Source: Felis catus (taxonomy: Eukaryota). Taken from it: a stretch of DNA of 64,000 nt. The position numbers and the translations under genes were made by a program. Below, piece after piece: positions 47,701 to 61,246 of this stretch. The notes under the pieces are model-generated. The model did not search any database, was not told the origin of the DNA, and worked only from the letters and a program-made list of their open reading frames with translations. The stretch spans positions 1,178,001 to 1,242,000 of the forward strand of contig NC_058368.1 of NCBI RefSeq assembly GCF_018350175.1. The letters are read 5' to 3'. Position 1 is the stretch's first letter. Every line of letters begins with the position of its first letter.

Positions 47701-48765
47701 ACTAAAATTACTAAAATAAGAAATGCAGGTGGGTCATTACTACCAAATCAACAGAAATAAAAAGGATTTTGAGAGAGCACGATGAACAGTGTGTAAGTTG
47801 GGTAACCTAGATGAGATGGAGAAACTCCTAGAAACCACAAGACCAAATCATGAAGAAAGAAAATCTGATTAAACCTAAACATTAAAGAGATTGAAACAGT
47901 AATCAAAAGCCAACAAAGAAAGCCCTGAACCTGATGGATTTTCTGGTGAATTCCACCAAACATTTAAAGGAGGACTAGTACTAAGCTTTCTCAAAATTTT
48001 CCAAAAAATTGAAGAGGAGGAAGCACTTCCTAACTCATTCTATGAGGCCAACAGTACTCTGATCCCAAAGCCAAACAAAGACCCTACAAGAAAGGAAAAC
48101 CATAGACCAACATCTCTTATGAACATGGATGCAAAAATCCTCAACAAAATACTAGCAAACAGAATTCAGCAGCATATTAAAAGGTTTATACAACATTGAC
48201 CAAGTGGGATTAATTCCTGGAATGCGAGGATGTTTCAACATATTCAAGTTAATCAGTGTAATGCACCACCCCAAGAGAAGGAAGGAAAAAACCCACATGA
48301 CCATCTCAGTTGGTGCAGAAAAATCATTTGGCAAATGCAACACCCTTTCATGGTAAAAAAAAAAAAAAAAAAAACAAAAAAAAAAAAAAAAAAAACCCAA
48401 AGAAACAAAAAACAACCACACAACAAACTAGGCTATGAAGAATCTACTTCAACATATTAGAAGTCATATATGAAAAACCCATAGCAAACATCCTACTCAA
48501 TGGTGAAAGACTGAGAGCATTTCCTCTAAGATCAGGAATCAGGCAAAGATGCCCACTTTCACCACTTCTGCTCAATATAGCACTGAAAGTTCAGGACAGA
48601 GCAATTAGCAAAGAAAAAGAAATAAAAGATACCAAGATTGTAAAGGAAGAAGTGAAGTTATCTCTGTTTGCAGATGCTGAGATCTTATATGAGAAAACCC
48701 TAAGGATTCCACACACTCACACAACACACATGAACTATTAGAACAGATAATAATTCTGCAAACAA

Positions 48766-48937
48766 TACATATATATATATTATGTATATATATACATATG
48801 CATACATTTTCATATATATTCATATATGTGAATATGTATGCATACGTATATATATAGATATAGATATCTATATATATGTATGTATATGTATGCATATGTA
48901 TAGATATAGATATAGATATAGATATAGATATAGATAT
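48766..48937. repeat. Compound (TA)n/(TATG)n/(TAGATA)n microsatellite
   Basis: Directly visible. Confidence 0.95.
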
Positions 48938-48943
48938 TCCACA

Positions 48944-49148
48944 GGGGCAGCTGGATGGCTCAGTTGGTTGAGCGGCCGGCACTTCAGTTCAGGTCATGAT
49001 CTCATGGTTTGTGAGTTCAAGCCCCACGATGGGCTCTGCTGACAGCTCAGAGCCTGGAGCCTGCTTCGGATTCTGGGTCTCCCTCTCTCTCTGCCCCTCC
49101 CCTGCTCACACTCTGTCTCTGTCTCAAAAATAAATAAACGCTAAAAAC
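48944..49148 (+). mobile_element. SINEC_Fc-like
   Basis: Head, (CT)n and AAAAATAAATAAACG tail. Confidence 0.92.
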
Positions 49149-50310
49149 TATTTTTTTCCTTAAAAAGTCAACAATTAAAAAAAAAGCAACCTGATTCAAA
49201 AATGGGCAAAGAACTTGAATAGATGTTTCTCCAAAGAAGATGTACAAATGAAGTAAGCACATGAAAAGGTGTTCAGCATCACTAATCGGGGAAATGCAAA
49301 CCAAAACGACAATGAGATAGCACCTCACCCCCATGGGGATGGCTACTACAAAAAACAGAAAACAACACCCACAGGAAGCAACGAGTGCTGAGAAGCACAA
49401 GGGATAACCGGAACCCCTGTGCACTCCTGGCGGGAATGTAAGAGGGCGCAGCCAATGTGGAAAACGGACGGCAGTTCCTCAGAAAAGTTAAAAACCGCAT
49501 CATCTTCTGATCCAGTCATTCCGCTCTTGGGCACACACCCGAAAGAACCGAAAGCTGGGCCTCAAAGAAGTACTTGTACCCCCGCGTTCATCGCCGCATT
49601 GGTCGCAACAGCTGCAACGTGGAAGCAACCCACGTGTGCACTGATCCATGGTTAAGCCAAACGCGCCATACACATCCGATGAACTGTGATCCAGCCTTCG
49701 GAAGGAAGGAAATGCTACAACACGGGTGAACTTTGAGGGCATTACGCTATGTGAAATAAGCCAGTCTCGGAAGGACAAATACTGTAGGATCTCACTTATA
49801 GGAGGGACCTAGGATATTCGAACGCATAGAGACAGAAGATGGAAGCGGTGGCCAGGGTCTGGGGAGGGCGGAATGGGGAGTTGGTATTTAATGGGGACAG
49901 AGTTTCCGTTTTGCAAGGTGAGAAGAATTCTGTGGATGAATAATAGTGATGGTTGAACAACAGCGTGAATGCGTTTAATGATGCTAAACTGTACGCATGG
50001 AGATGCCTACAATTTACATTTTATGTTTGTGTATTTCGCCACAATTTTTGCAAAGTGGAAAAGACCCCGTGCTTTCTATAGGACCCTACAAACACAATGG
50101 AGCAGTTCCTGGGGGGCGATTCAGACAGGGAGCTTGGACAGCTGTCTTTTCCAGTTGAAGGGAGCCAGCGTGCTTTCGAAAGCAAGTAGGAAAACGGTTG
50201 ATAAACTCAGCAAACACGTAGGAGGTGCTTCCTGCTCGGTGCATCAGGTAGCATTGGTGTTTGGTGCGGCTCAGAAATAAAGATGCTCTTGGTGGAGTGA
50301 ACTTATTTCT

Positions 50311-50535
50311 TTAAAAAAAAATTTTTTTTATAATGTTTCTTTATTTTTGAGAGAGACAGAGACAGAGCACGAGCGGGGGAGGGGCAGAGAGAGAGGGAGA
50401 CACAGAATCCGAAGCAGGCTCCAGGCTCCGAGCTGCCGGCACAGAGCCCGATGCGGGGCTCGAACCCACGAACTGTGAGATCATGACCTGAGCCGGAGTC
50501 CGGCACTTAACTGGCTGAGCCACCCAGGAGCCCCC
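50311..50535 (-). mobile_element. SINEC_Fc-like
   Basis: Perfect 16-bp TSD GAGTGAACTTATTTCT at 50295-50310 and 50536-50551. Confidence 0.95.
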
Positions 50536-52089
50536 GAGTGAACTTATTTCTGATAATGATAATGTAACTGTTGACAGCTCCTTGGTGAAGGTGCTTGATC
50601 TTCCCGGAGCCTCACAAGGAGAGTGTGAGGCAGAGATCGCGTCCCATGTGGCAGAGGAAGAGGTGGAGATGTGGAGGTGAAATGGTTTGCAAACGTTTTC
50701 TGCTGCTAGGAAGTAGCTCACAGGCCCAGGCCTTTGGATCGCAAATCTAGTACTTTTGCGGAACACTTGTGAGGCTTCTGAGGTTGACTGGGAATGAACT
50801 TAGTCTATAGATTAGGAAGAGTCTTGGTCTCATCTAGAAATATTACCAGCGTTAAGCTGCCAGGTTGTGGTTCTGGGATGATGGGTCTTCCTGTTACCAT
50901 GACAGGCGTCAGGATGCCGGTACATTTCCGTTTCTTTCTTTTTCCTGAAATGTTCTTTATCCTCTCTCATCTTCTGGGGGAGATGTTGCTACTTTTTTTT
51001 TTTTTTTCTACTTGAAAGTTATGGAAACCAAGACAGAGAAAGGATGAATGACTTTTCAGGAGAATGAAATTCTTTGGTGGAAAATGGATCGCACGTTTCA
51101 GACTGAGGTCTTAAAGTCAGAAGAAACAGGGCAGCGATCTGCACAGTGAAGGTGAAACCTTGGAACTGGCCTCAGGCGAGATTTATTTTTAAGGAGTTGG
51201 TTTCTGCTTTGGTTCCTCTGGCCTTCCTGGTATAGAGCGGATGGGGTATTTCATGCAGTTCGTGGGGACAGGGCTTCCCTTGGCGCGTGGGCGACATACC
51301 TCGTTACACCTGAACCTGGGTGGACCCTCGTCAAGCCTTCTTACTCAGCCTGGCTCCCGCAGTACTGAGGTCAACACGAAGGGCTTTGAAAGCTGTAGTC
51401 GGAATGTGGTCTGTCCCCTCCAAACTACTGGGGCCACCGCGGGTACCATCTGAAGGCATTTGGAGCGGCTGGTTGTGTCTCCCCTGACCACCTGGAAAGT
51501 GGGGTGCCCACCGGCCGAGGCTACAGCTTTATGGGGGAGACCCCTTTGGAAAAGCCCAAGGATTTCATCTCCGCCAGCACCTGGGGCTGCACCTCCTCCC
51601 TGCTGTCATTCCCCTCCCCCACTGAGCGCACCCATACCAAGCCCCTTCTGAGCGCTTTGTGACCCGCGGTAAATGTGGCCTCCCTGACGACTCGTCTCGG
51701 TGAGACCCACTGTCCCGGGGCGCGGCCTTCGGCTGTGTCAAGAAGGGGACGCCACTCCTTTTCCCGCCCCTGCGGGCCCCAGGGCCTGGAGCCTGCATCT
51801 GTGTTCTTGCCTGGTCACTTGTCTGAAACCCTTCACCCTGTCCCAATTCCTCACGTCTTCCGAGGCGGCTCAGATGGGCTTCGGTGTTCGATGATGGTCA
51901 AAGCACAAAGAAAGGTGCCTTTAAGAGGTATCAGCATAAGTTCGTCTTTTAAGCCATAAAAAAAAGATTAAGGAGGTAATGAATCAAAGCAAAATAGCAG
52001 CACGTGGCCATTTGTGTTAATGGGATGCTATTGACGGAAAAGGTCTTGCGCCATCGAAGAGGGACCTACTAAAAGCTGCTATCCAAAAC

Positions 52090-52305
52090 AGGGAGGTGTG
52101 GTCCCTCCACTCTGCTGTGTGGACCACATTTTAAGGAGTGTAGTCAGTTTTGGACACAATCCAATCAAAAGGTTGTTTAAACGGGACACCACCCATTTAA
52201 AAGCTGGCTGACCCATGTAAAGGGATGGGACGGACTGAAAACCACACGACATGACGAATGGTTGAAGGCACTAGGGATATTTTGCAAAGAGAAAGGACTC
52301 AGGAG
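52090..52305 (+). mobile_element. CR1/L3 3' fragment
   Basis: GGACTGAAAACCACACGACATGACGAATGGTTGAAGGCACTAGGGATATTT resembles the L3 3' region. Confidence 0.55.
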
Positions 52306-52389
52306 ACTGAGTCCATTTGGTGAGTACTTACTATGTGCCAGTCACTGGGCTAAGAGATTTACATATATTCGCTCATTTAATCCTCACAG

Positions 52390-53032
52390 AATGTCCACTG
52401 ATGGATGAATGGATAAACAAAGTGTGGCACGCCCACGTGCACAAACCCACACACCACCCCACCCCCTCCAGGAATATTATTCAGCCATATAAAAAAAAGA
52501 ATTATCTTGCCATTTATGACCATATGGATGGACCTTGAAGGCATTGTGCTAAGTGAAATAAATCAGATAGGAAAAGATAAATACTATATGATATTATTTA
52601 AATGTGGAATCTAAAAAAAAAAATTAAGAAAGAAAATGAAACACGAAACACACGTAAAACAACCCCTTACCACAGCTCAATATAAAGAGCGGATTGGTGG
52701 TTGCCTCAGGTGGACACTAGAGGGTGAGCAAAATGAGTGAAGGGGGTCAAAAGATACAAATTTCTTGTTATAAAATGAATGAATCATGGGATGCGATGTA
52801 CAGCATGGTGACTACAGTTCATAATAATAATATATTGCATATTTGAGAGTAGCTAAGAGAGTGGATCTTGGGAAGTGATCACAAGAAAAATAATTTGGTA
52901 ACCATGGATAATGATGGATGTTAACTGGATTTATTGTGGTGATCATTTTGCAATACATACAAGTATTGAATCATTACATTGTATACCTAACACATTAATA
53001 TGATGTTATGTCAATTATACCTCAATAAAAAA
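52390..53032 (+). mobile_element. L1 3' end inserted into a MIR
   Basis: TSD AATCCTCACAG at 52379-52389 and 53033-53043; flanks 52315-52389 and 53033-53195 rejoin into a minus-strand MIR. Confidence 0.88.
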
Positions 53033-56000
53033 AATCCTCACAGGAACCCCGGGAGGGTCATAGGGTCCCCAGTTTTCCAATGAAGAAACGGAGGCTCAGA
53101 AAGACTAATTAACTTGCCAAGGTCACAGAGCTAGTAAGTGGCAAAGCAAAGATAGTAATGTGAGTCTGCTGGTTCTTAAGCCCTTGCTTTTAACCAGTTG
53201 TGTGTATATACATATATATACGGCAGAAGATTTAGGCACGTTTTGTGTGTCCTCCAAAGGGACAATCATGACCCAGGACAAGGTACTGGAGAATGGCTTT
53301 TCCTTCAATCCAGTATATATGCCCTATTGGAGTCGTCAGGAGGTAGCTGGCTTCAGGAAGTGATGGCTCCTGCCTTTGGAGGGGGTAGAGACCGCGGGAG
53401 TGTTTGAGGAGCGGGGGATGCCTCTGAAAGTGTGCTCAGGGGCTGCATCTGTGCAGGGCTGGTGGAAGATGGCCTTCTGGAAAGAAGGGATGAGTTCAGA
53501 TCTAATGAAGGCAATATTAGCGTGTGTCAAAGCATTAAGTGAAACCCACTTACTGACCCAGTTGATTTTGGAAACTTTTCAAAAGAACATCTGAGCCACC
53601 TTGTGCAGCCTGCAGGACGAGGAGAAGGGGTGTGTTTTCGAGTCACCCCGCGGGAGGCCCGAGGTTCTCTGAGACTTGCCTCTGCCCAGTGGGCATGGAG
53701 CAAGACTGAGGCGGAGGAGGGGTGAGTGTGCCCTGAACTTCCGGGTCCATCTCCTCAAAATAACCTGTGCTCTTAGAGGAAGGACAGACAGCGCAATAGC
53801 GCCAGAAACTTCTGGAACTCGAGTCTGGAGGCGCTGCTCCTCGTGGCGTTGCCTGAACAGGTCTTGCTCACCGATTGCCTCTCCGATACCTCGTCTACTC
53901 TTTTGCTTCTTGGCACCTACTGGCTACATTTTCTTCTCCCCTGCTCTTCTGGAATCCTCTCATTTTAATTTTTCTTTTCCCTAACGTGTAATTTCTTCTT
54001 TTCGTCACCTAGTTCCTCATCACTGATTGTTCTTCTGTGCCTCCCCCGCCATGAGTCTTCCTCCCCTGTCCCTTGCCGGCTGTGTCGGGAGCGAGTAAAG
54101 GTGGTGCGGACAAGCCTCTCCACCGAATTCCTGCCGACAGATTCCCTGCCATCAGTAGCAATTACCACACAAGTATATTTTTATTTTTCAGAATGACTAA
54201 GAGAATGTCTGAGTTCAAATCACTGGTCTGCCCCTCATTAGCTCTCTAGCATGGGGCAAGCTTCATGGGCCCACATTGGTGCAACTTGGAGATTATCCAC
54301 ATAGGACTGTTTTGAAGATGATTCAAGGTGACCCACGGTGTGAAAGAGTTGAATACAGTGCCTGGTACATAGTTGCTGCTCAAAAAAAAAAAAAAAAAAA
54401 AATGGCACTCATTATTATTACTTTGAAAATTTTGTAGCAATCTGTCATTGCTACAAAATGACATAAACCTGTCATTATTTGCTAATAAATTGCTAATGAC
54501 ATAAATCTGTCATTATTTATGTTGTAATTTACAAAAGTATTAGTCTTCAGGAGATTAGGAAAAAAAGTAATCTTTTACTACGGATGGTTTCAGAAGCACT
54601 TGTCTAGATGTCATTATTTCCTCTTGGCGAAAGCTGCTGACTCTGAATAGGGGTGTTTATCTAATTAGTGAAATCTTCAAACGTTGAAAGAATCAGCTGC
54701 GAAACATAGCCTCATATTTCCCTTTGGGCAAAGAATAAACAGGTAAGAATGAAAAAGCCTTGCTTCTATTAAGGGAATCCATATCTTCCCCTTTCTTCCT
54801 TGTGCCCCCATGTAAGGCCCCTTTTGTTCATTCGCAGGGTGGTTGTTGAAGAATTTGTCTGTACTCATCTGGCCCAAAACTCCGCCTCTGTGTATTCACA
54901 CTCGATGAACCCAGACCAGGATTCAGTGACCCCTCAGAAGAAGACAAACTTGATTTCCTCCTTCTTCAAGGTTCAGTGTATTTGCTACATAGGGACAATG
55001 TATTTATAAATAGTTTGCAGCTCCCAAGAGCGTAGAAGTGTGTGTCATTTTCTCAACAGATAATAGCATCAACCCTCTTGAGAAAAAAGAATGACATCAC
55101 TTTTAAATGATTCCTATGTAACGTCCCCAAGGAAGAGTGTGTTGCAAAATGAAAGGCTATGCGTGTATAGAAATTTCCAAAACAGCGTTCTGTTTACAAA
55201 GGCCGAGTCAGGTGTTTGTCAAGGGGAAAAAAAAGCATAAGCCATTGGCTTCTCCTGACAGGACTTTCCTGCTTTTTCTTGTAAAAGAATGAGGTATGGT
55301 TAATCCTTTTATTTCTATCCGAGAGCACGGAGCAGTCAGGCGCTAGGTGCGATCTAGCTTGAATATTCATTCAGCAAGGGTCCAAGAGCCGGTAGTGCTG
55401 TTCTAGGTGTTGTGACCCTTTCAACATGTATTGACCAGCTTCCTCAAAGAACTTACAGTTCATCAATTCATCAAAAAGGTGGGTCAGAGACTGAGTGAGG
55501 AAGGCCTGGGGGTGCCGTGGTGAGCTGGGTTGGCCACTGCTTTCTTGGAACTTTCACAGTCTGATGAGACAATCGCCAAGCAGGTAAATCACACAAGCAG
55601 ACACATCCTGTGTTTTATCAAATCAAAAGTACCATTGATTGCAAGATATACCATTACTTATGTTTCACCAAAATAAAAGCTGTGATTTTGATGGTAAGAT
55701 GTCATCAGTTGTGACACACGAAGCTCTATTTCAGAGATGTTGAAATGTTTGTCTGAGGATCTGCATGTATGAGAATTAACTTAGAAATTAATTAATTGTT
55801 AATCATGGTGAGTGCTTCAAAGGGGGAAAAACATATGGTGTTACAAGAAAGAGTCACGGGAAGGCCTACTTTAGATTGGGTGATGTTTGAGTTGAGTATT
55901 AAGGGATAAGGGATCGTGAGAAAAGTCAGATGCTTCTTGAATGAGTGATATAGGAAATGAGTGAAGTAGGAGCTTGGAGGAGGGAGAAATCAATTTGGGT

Positions 56001-56467
56001 AGGAAGAGTCAGGTAGGAATTGAGCTGGAATCTGAATGATTTGAATGATAGGTGGAAAGGAAGGCCAAGACAAGGGACACAAAAGCAGCAAACGCAAAGA
56101 GCAAAATCTATTAATTAAAAATAATCCATCCTAAAATCCATTTGGAATCTCAAGGAACTCAAAAAAAAAAAAACAAAACAAAACAAAAAACCCACCCCAA
56201 ACCAAAAACCAAAACCAAACAAAACCCCAAAAACCAAAAAACGAAATGAATTTGAAAGGGAAGGACAAAGATGGAGGACTCACACTTCCTGATTTCAACA
56301 CTTACTGGAAAGCTACAGTAATCAAAACAATGTGGTATTGGCAGAAAGACAGATATATAGACCAAAGCAATAGAATAGACAGCCTAGAAATAAATCCTTG
56401 TAAATATGGTCACATTGTTTTTGATAAGAGTGTCAAGAAAATTCAATAAGGAAAGGACAGTTTCTTT

Positions 56468-56501
56468 TTCTTTCTCTTTTCCTTTCTCTTTCTCTCTTTT
56501 C

Positions 56502-56588
<87 letters not shown>

Positions 56589-56612
56589 TTTCCTTCTTTC
56601 TTTCTTTTGTTT

Positions 56613-56663
<51 letters not shown>

Positions 56664-56838
56664 GCACATGCATGAACCAGGGAAGGGCAGAGTGAGAGGG
56701 AGAGAATCTTAACCAGGCTCCACACTCAGCATGGGGGTGAGGGGGCCGATATGAGGCTCAATCTCACAACCTTTGTATCATGACCTGAGCAGAAGTCTAG
56801 AGTTGGACGCTCAACCAACTGAGACACCCAGGCGCCCT
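56468..56838 (-). mobile_element. SINEC with expanded (TTTC)n and (GA)n tracts
   Basis: TSD AGGAAA(G/A)GA(C/G)AGTTTCTTT at 56449 and 56840; STR at ~56460-56660. Confidence 0.92.
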
Positions 56839-56875
56839 GAGGAAAAGAGAGTTTCTTTAACAAATGGTGTCTGGA

Positions 56876-57657
56876 CATGAAAAGATGCTCAATGTTACTC
56901 CTCATCAGGGAAATACAAATCAAAACCACATTGAAATATCACCTCACACCAGTCAGAGTGGCTAAAATGAACAAATCAGGAGACTATAGATGCTGGAGAG
57001 GATGTGGAGAAACGGGAACCCTCTTGCACTGTTGGTGGGAATGCAAATTGGTGCAGCCGCTCTGGAAAGCAGTGTGGAGGTTCCTCAGAAAATTAAAAAT
57101 AGACCTACCCTATGACCCAGCAATAGCACTGCTAGGAATTTATCCAAGGGATACAGGAGTGCTGATGCATAGGGCCACTTGTACCCCAATGTTCATAGCA
57201 GCACTCTCAACAATAGCCAAATTATGGAAAGAGCCTAAATGTCCATCAACTGACGAATGGATAAAGAAATTGTGGTTTATATACACAATGGAATACTACT
57301 TGGCAATGAGAAGGAATGAAATCTGGCCTTTTGTAGCAACGTGGATGGAACTGGAGAGTATTATGCTAAGTGAAATAAGCCATACAGAGAAAAACAGATA
57401 CCATATGTTTTCACTCTTATGTGGATCCTGAGAAACTTAACAGAAGACCATGGGGGAGGGGAAGGGGGAAAAAGTTAGAGAGGGAGGGAGGCAAACCATA
57501 AGAGACTCTTAAGAACTGAGAACAAACTGAGGGTTGATGGGGGGGGGGGGAGGCCGGGGAGGGTGGGTGATGGGTATTGAGGAGGGCACCTGTTGGGATG
57601 AGCACTGGGTGTTGTATGGAAACCAATTTGACAATAAATTTCATATTTAAGAAGAGA
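56876..57657 (+). mobile_element. Young felid L1 (L1_Fc-like) 5'-truncated insertion
   Basis: Uninterrupted 184-codon ORF2 C-terminus with the [18 protein letters not shown] zinc knuckle. TSD AACAAATGGTG(T/C)CTGGA at 56859-56875 and 57658-57674. Confidence 0.95.
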
Positions 57658-60159
57658 AACAAATGGTGCCTGGAAAATGGATATCCACATGAAAAGAATG
57701 AAGTTATACCCTTACCTAACACCATACACAAAAATTAACTGAAAATGCATTAAAGATATAACACAAACGCTGTTACTTTTAAAAGAAAACACAGGGCTAA
57801 AACTTTGTGATGTTGGATCTGGTGATGATTTCTTGGCTGTGACACCAAAGGCACAGGAAACACAAGAAAAAAACAGACAAATTGAAGTTCATGAAAATTA
57901 AAAACTTTTGTGCATCAAAGAACATGATCAACAGAGTTAAAAGGCAACCCACAGAATGGGAGAAAAGATCTGCAACTCATGTATCTGATAAGGGATTAAT
58001 ATCTCGAATATATAGAGAACTCTTAAAACTCAACAACAACAAAAACAAACCAATTCAAAGCACCTGAACAGAAGACATGCAAATGGCCAATAAGCACATG
58101 AAGAGATGTTCAGCATCGCCTATCATGAGGAGAATTCAAAAGCAAAAATGAGATACCACCTTGCACCGCCAGGAGGGCTACTAACAACAGCAACAACAGC
58201 AAGATTACAAGTGTTGAGAAGCATGTGGAGCAACCGGAACCCCTGCGCATTCCTGGCGGGAATGTAAAAGGGTACAGCCGCTGTGGAAAACGGATGGCAC
58301 TTCTTCAAAAAATTAAAAATACCGTTAACATCTGATCCAGCAATTCCATTTCTGGCTACATATCCAGAAGAATTGAAAGCAGGGCCTCAAAGAGACATTT
58401 GTACCTCCGTGTTTATAACAGCATTAGTCACAATAGCTGAAACACGGAAGCAACCCAGGTGCCCACTGACAGATGAATGGTTAACCCAAATGTGTTACAT
58501 ACCTACAGTGAATTATGATTCAGCCTTAAAAAGGAAGTCAGTTTTGCAATATGCTACAACATGGCTGAACTTTGAGGGTATTATGCTAAAGGAAATAAAC
58601 AACCACAAAAAGACAAATGCTACACGATCCCACCTATATGAGGTACCTAGAATAATAAAGTCATAGAGAGAAAGTAGACTAGTGGTTGCTGGGGGCTGGG
58701 AGGAGCAGAACGGAGAGCTGTTTAATGGGAACAGAGTTTCAGTTTTATAAGATCAAAAGAGCTCTGGAGATGAATGGTGGTGATCGCTTCACAGCAGCGT
58801 GAATGTGCTCAATGTCACTGAACGGTACACTTAAAAATTATAAATTACATGTTATGTGTATTTTACCACAATTGGTAAAAAAGATAATGGGGCATGTCTG
58901 CAGGTCCAGGAAGAGATCATCTGGGTTGGTGTGAAGGACTTCACTAAGGAAGTAATAAAAGATGAGTTTGAAGGCACAGACCGGCACCAGATGCCAAGGC
59001 CCTTGGATGACAAACGAGTAAGGCAGGAATTTATCTCTCAGGCAACAGGAAATCCGGAAATCCTGGGAGGATTCTCTCACACTCCCCACCCATGCACATG
59101 GGCCCCCAAGTGAAGAGATAGGATTCATTCATCTTCCCAGAAAGAGTGCGGACCGAGAGACTGATCATTCGTTAAGTGAGGCAGGCTCGGAGATCCGCTG
59201 GGAATGAGTAGAACCGGGTCTATACAAAATCAGGTCACACAGAGACCAGATTGGTCTGTGGGTGACAAGAGCAGTTGTGCAATTTTCCCTGGCTGCAGCA
59301 GGTGCAGACAGAATGAATGGTGAATCACTTCATCCCGGGGGATCACCATGCTAGGTGTGTCCAAAGGTCAGTGAGTTGAAGGATTGAGGTCTTAGCCATG
59401 GGACCTGGGGGGCGAGGTGTGAAGCTAGGAAGGGTGGTAGGCAGGGAGGACTGGAGGCTCTGAGGGCCTTGGGTAGAAGACCTAAGTGAATGGTAACTGT
59501 GGAAGCTGAGTGTACCAACTCATGGACTTTCTTGGGTATTTGCCACGTGACCAGGTTGAGCATGGAGTAATGCTATTAGGAGAAGCCAAAAAGGTATGGA
59601 TTAGGCTTTTCCATTCCCAAAGGATACACTGTGTAAGTTATAACAAGGGAAGAGAACAGGTTGGAGTGTTCTTTAGACTAATGCTTTACCTCATATGCTG
59701 AGAAGGGTTCCAGACCTCACAGTTGGAATATCTTGGTCAGTGGGTGAAGGATGCCCACCTCTCCAAACTCCAAAGAGATAGGGCGTGGGAACTGAATATC
59801 AACACTGTCGGTGATGGGCTGGAGAAGGGGGTCACACCACCGACTGGATGGTGTCTCATGCACCTGGCCTCCTGACTGGGTTGAGGAGGAGGCTATGAGG
59901 GCCCTACAGTCCACTCAGCCCTTTGACATTGTTGACAGTTGGAGGGTGAAACCTCGCCATCAGAGAGGTGAGAAACCAGGAGGGTCATCTCATTCCCTCT
60001 CCCCAACTCCTGACAACTACCATTACATTTTCCGTCTCTGTGAATTCTCTATTCTAGGTGCCTCATGTGAATGTTTCTTTATGATTTCTGAGTTAGAAAA
60101 TGAAGAGTTCACTTAAAAGCTCTCTGCTTCTTTTTGTATCTTAGAAATATCAGCTTTTC

Positions 60160-60383
60160 GGGGCGCCTGGGTGGCTTGGTCGGTTAAGCGTCCGACTTCG
60201 GCTCAGGTCATGATCTCACGGTCTGTGAGTTCGAGCCCCGCGTTGGGCTGTGTGCTGACGGCTCAGAGCCTGGAGCCTGTTTCAGATTCTGTGTCTCCCT
60301 CTTTCTCTGACCCTCCCCCATTCATGCTCTGTCTCTCTCTGTCTCAAAAATAAATAAACGTTAAAAAAAATAAAAAAAAAAAA
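60160..60383 (+). mobile_element. SINEC_Fc
   Basis: Perfect 17-bp TSD AGAAATATCAGCTTTTC at 60143-60159 and 60384-60400. Confidence 0.96.
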
Positions 60384-61246
60384 AGAAATATCAGCTTTTC
60401 TTTCAATGACTAACCTATTTTTTACTTTGAGGGTTGAAACAGAGAAGTGTGTTTCTTTGTATCTCTTTGGCTAAGAATTCCCCCCAAACACAGCAAGTTC
60501 TGGGCAGAGAGGAACCTCTCAGAGGTATCGAAGGAAGTTCCATATCATGTGACTATGATCCAAAAGAGTGGTGAATGGAGATCATCAGAGTAGACATCTA
60601 CTCTGTGTGATATCCGGGCGTTGGCACATTATCTGATTATAGCAGAATCTCCTGATACGGTGGTAGGGATCTGATGGACAAGAAGACTCGGAATGTTCCA
60701 GAAATGATGGAATTGAAGGTGGGTAAATAAAGGCAATGGGGGAAATCGAGAGGGTCTTTCAGTGGCCATAAGGGGCATCGGAAGAGGATGGCTGTGACTT
60801 TGCTAGAGAATGCTGACCCTGATTCTGGGTAAAGGTGTAGGAAGTGAGTGAGTCTCTGAGGGAAGCCCTGTGGTTGGCATTTACTGAGCACACAGTTCTT
60901 CCTCAGCATCCTTTGAGGCTTTGTTCCGAGGATGCCACTGCCAAGCATCCCCAGGCGTGCCAGGCAGAGAGAACCACTCCTTCCTTTGTTCTGTGGATAT
61001 AGATTCAACAGATATTTGGCACTGAATGGAAGAGGGTGGCTTCTGTGCTATCATGGAAGTTCACTTAATCCTAGGTCTATGTTAAGGTTTGGTGAGAGGA
61101 ATCCCCTGAGCGCCCCTCCCGAGTTCAGAGCCAGGTGAGAAATAAAACACAGGACAGGCAGGTAGAAATCAAAATGTCAGCTCTATAAAGGCAGGACAAG
61201 AGAGCTTTTGATACTTCTTTCTTCTTTCCAAAATAGATAGAATTAT

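Larger units (their letters stand above)
47490..50045 (+). mobile_element. Old L1 (ORF2 fossil plus 3' end) interrupted by a microsatellite and a SINE
   Basis: ORF2 words (CCTAACTCATTCTATGAGGCC, ATGCAAAAATCCTCAACAAAATACTAGCAAAC, TCTCTGTTTGCAGATG), with frameshifts and stops; 3' part at 49160-50045. Confidence 0.9.
56110..58870 (+). mobile_element. Old L1 (ORF2 C-terminal half plus 3' UTR) hosting two younger insertions
   Basis: GGLTLPDFNTYWKATVIKTMWYWQKDRYIDQ at 56246-56449; resumes at 57658 and ends TATTTTACCACAATT. Confidence 0.9.

Noticed and set aside
56877..57431. 184-aa ORF as a host gene
   Set aside because: It is the C-terminus of L1 ORF2 in a 5'-truncated insertion with a TSD; no promoter, not autonomous.
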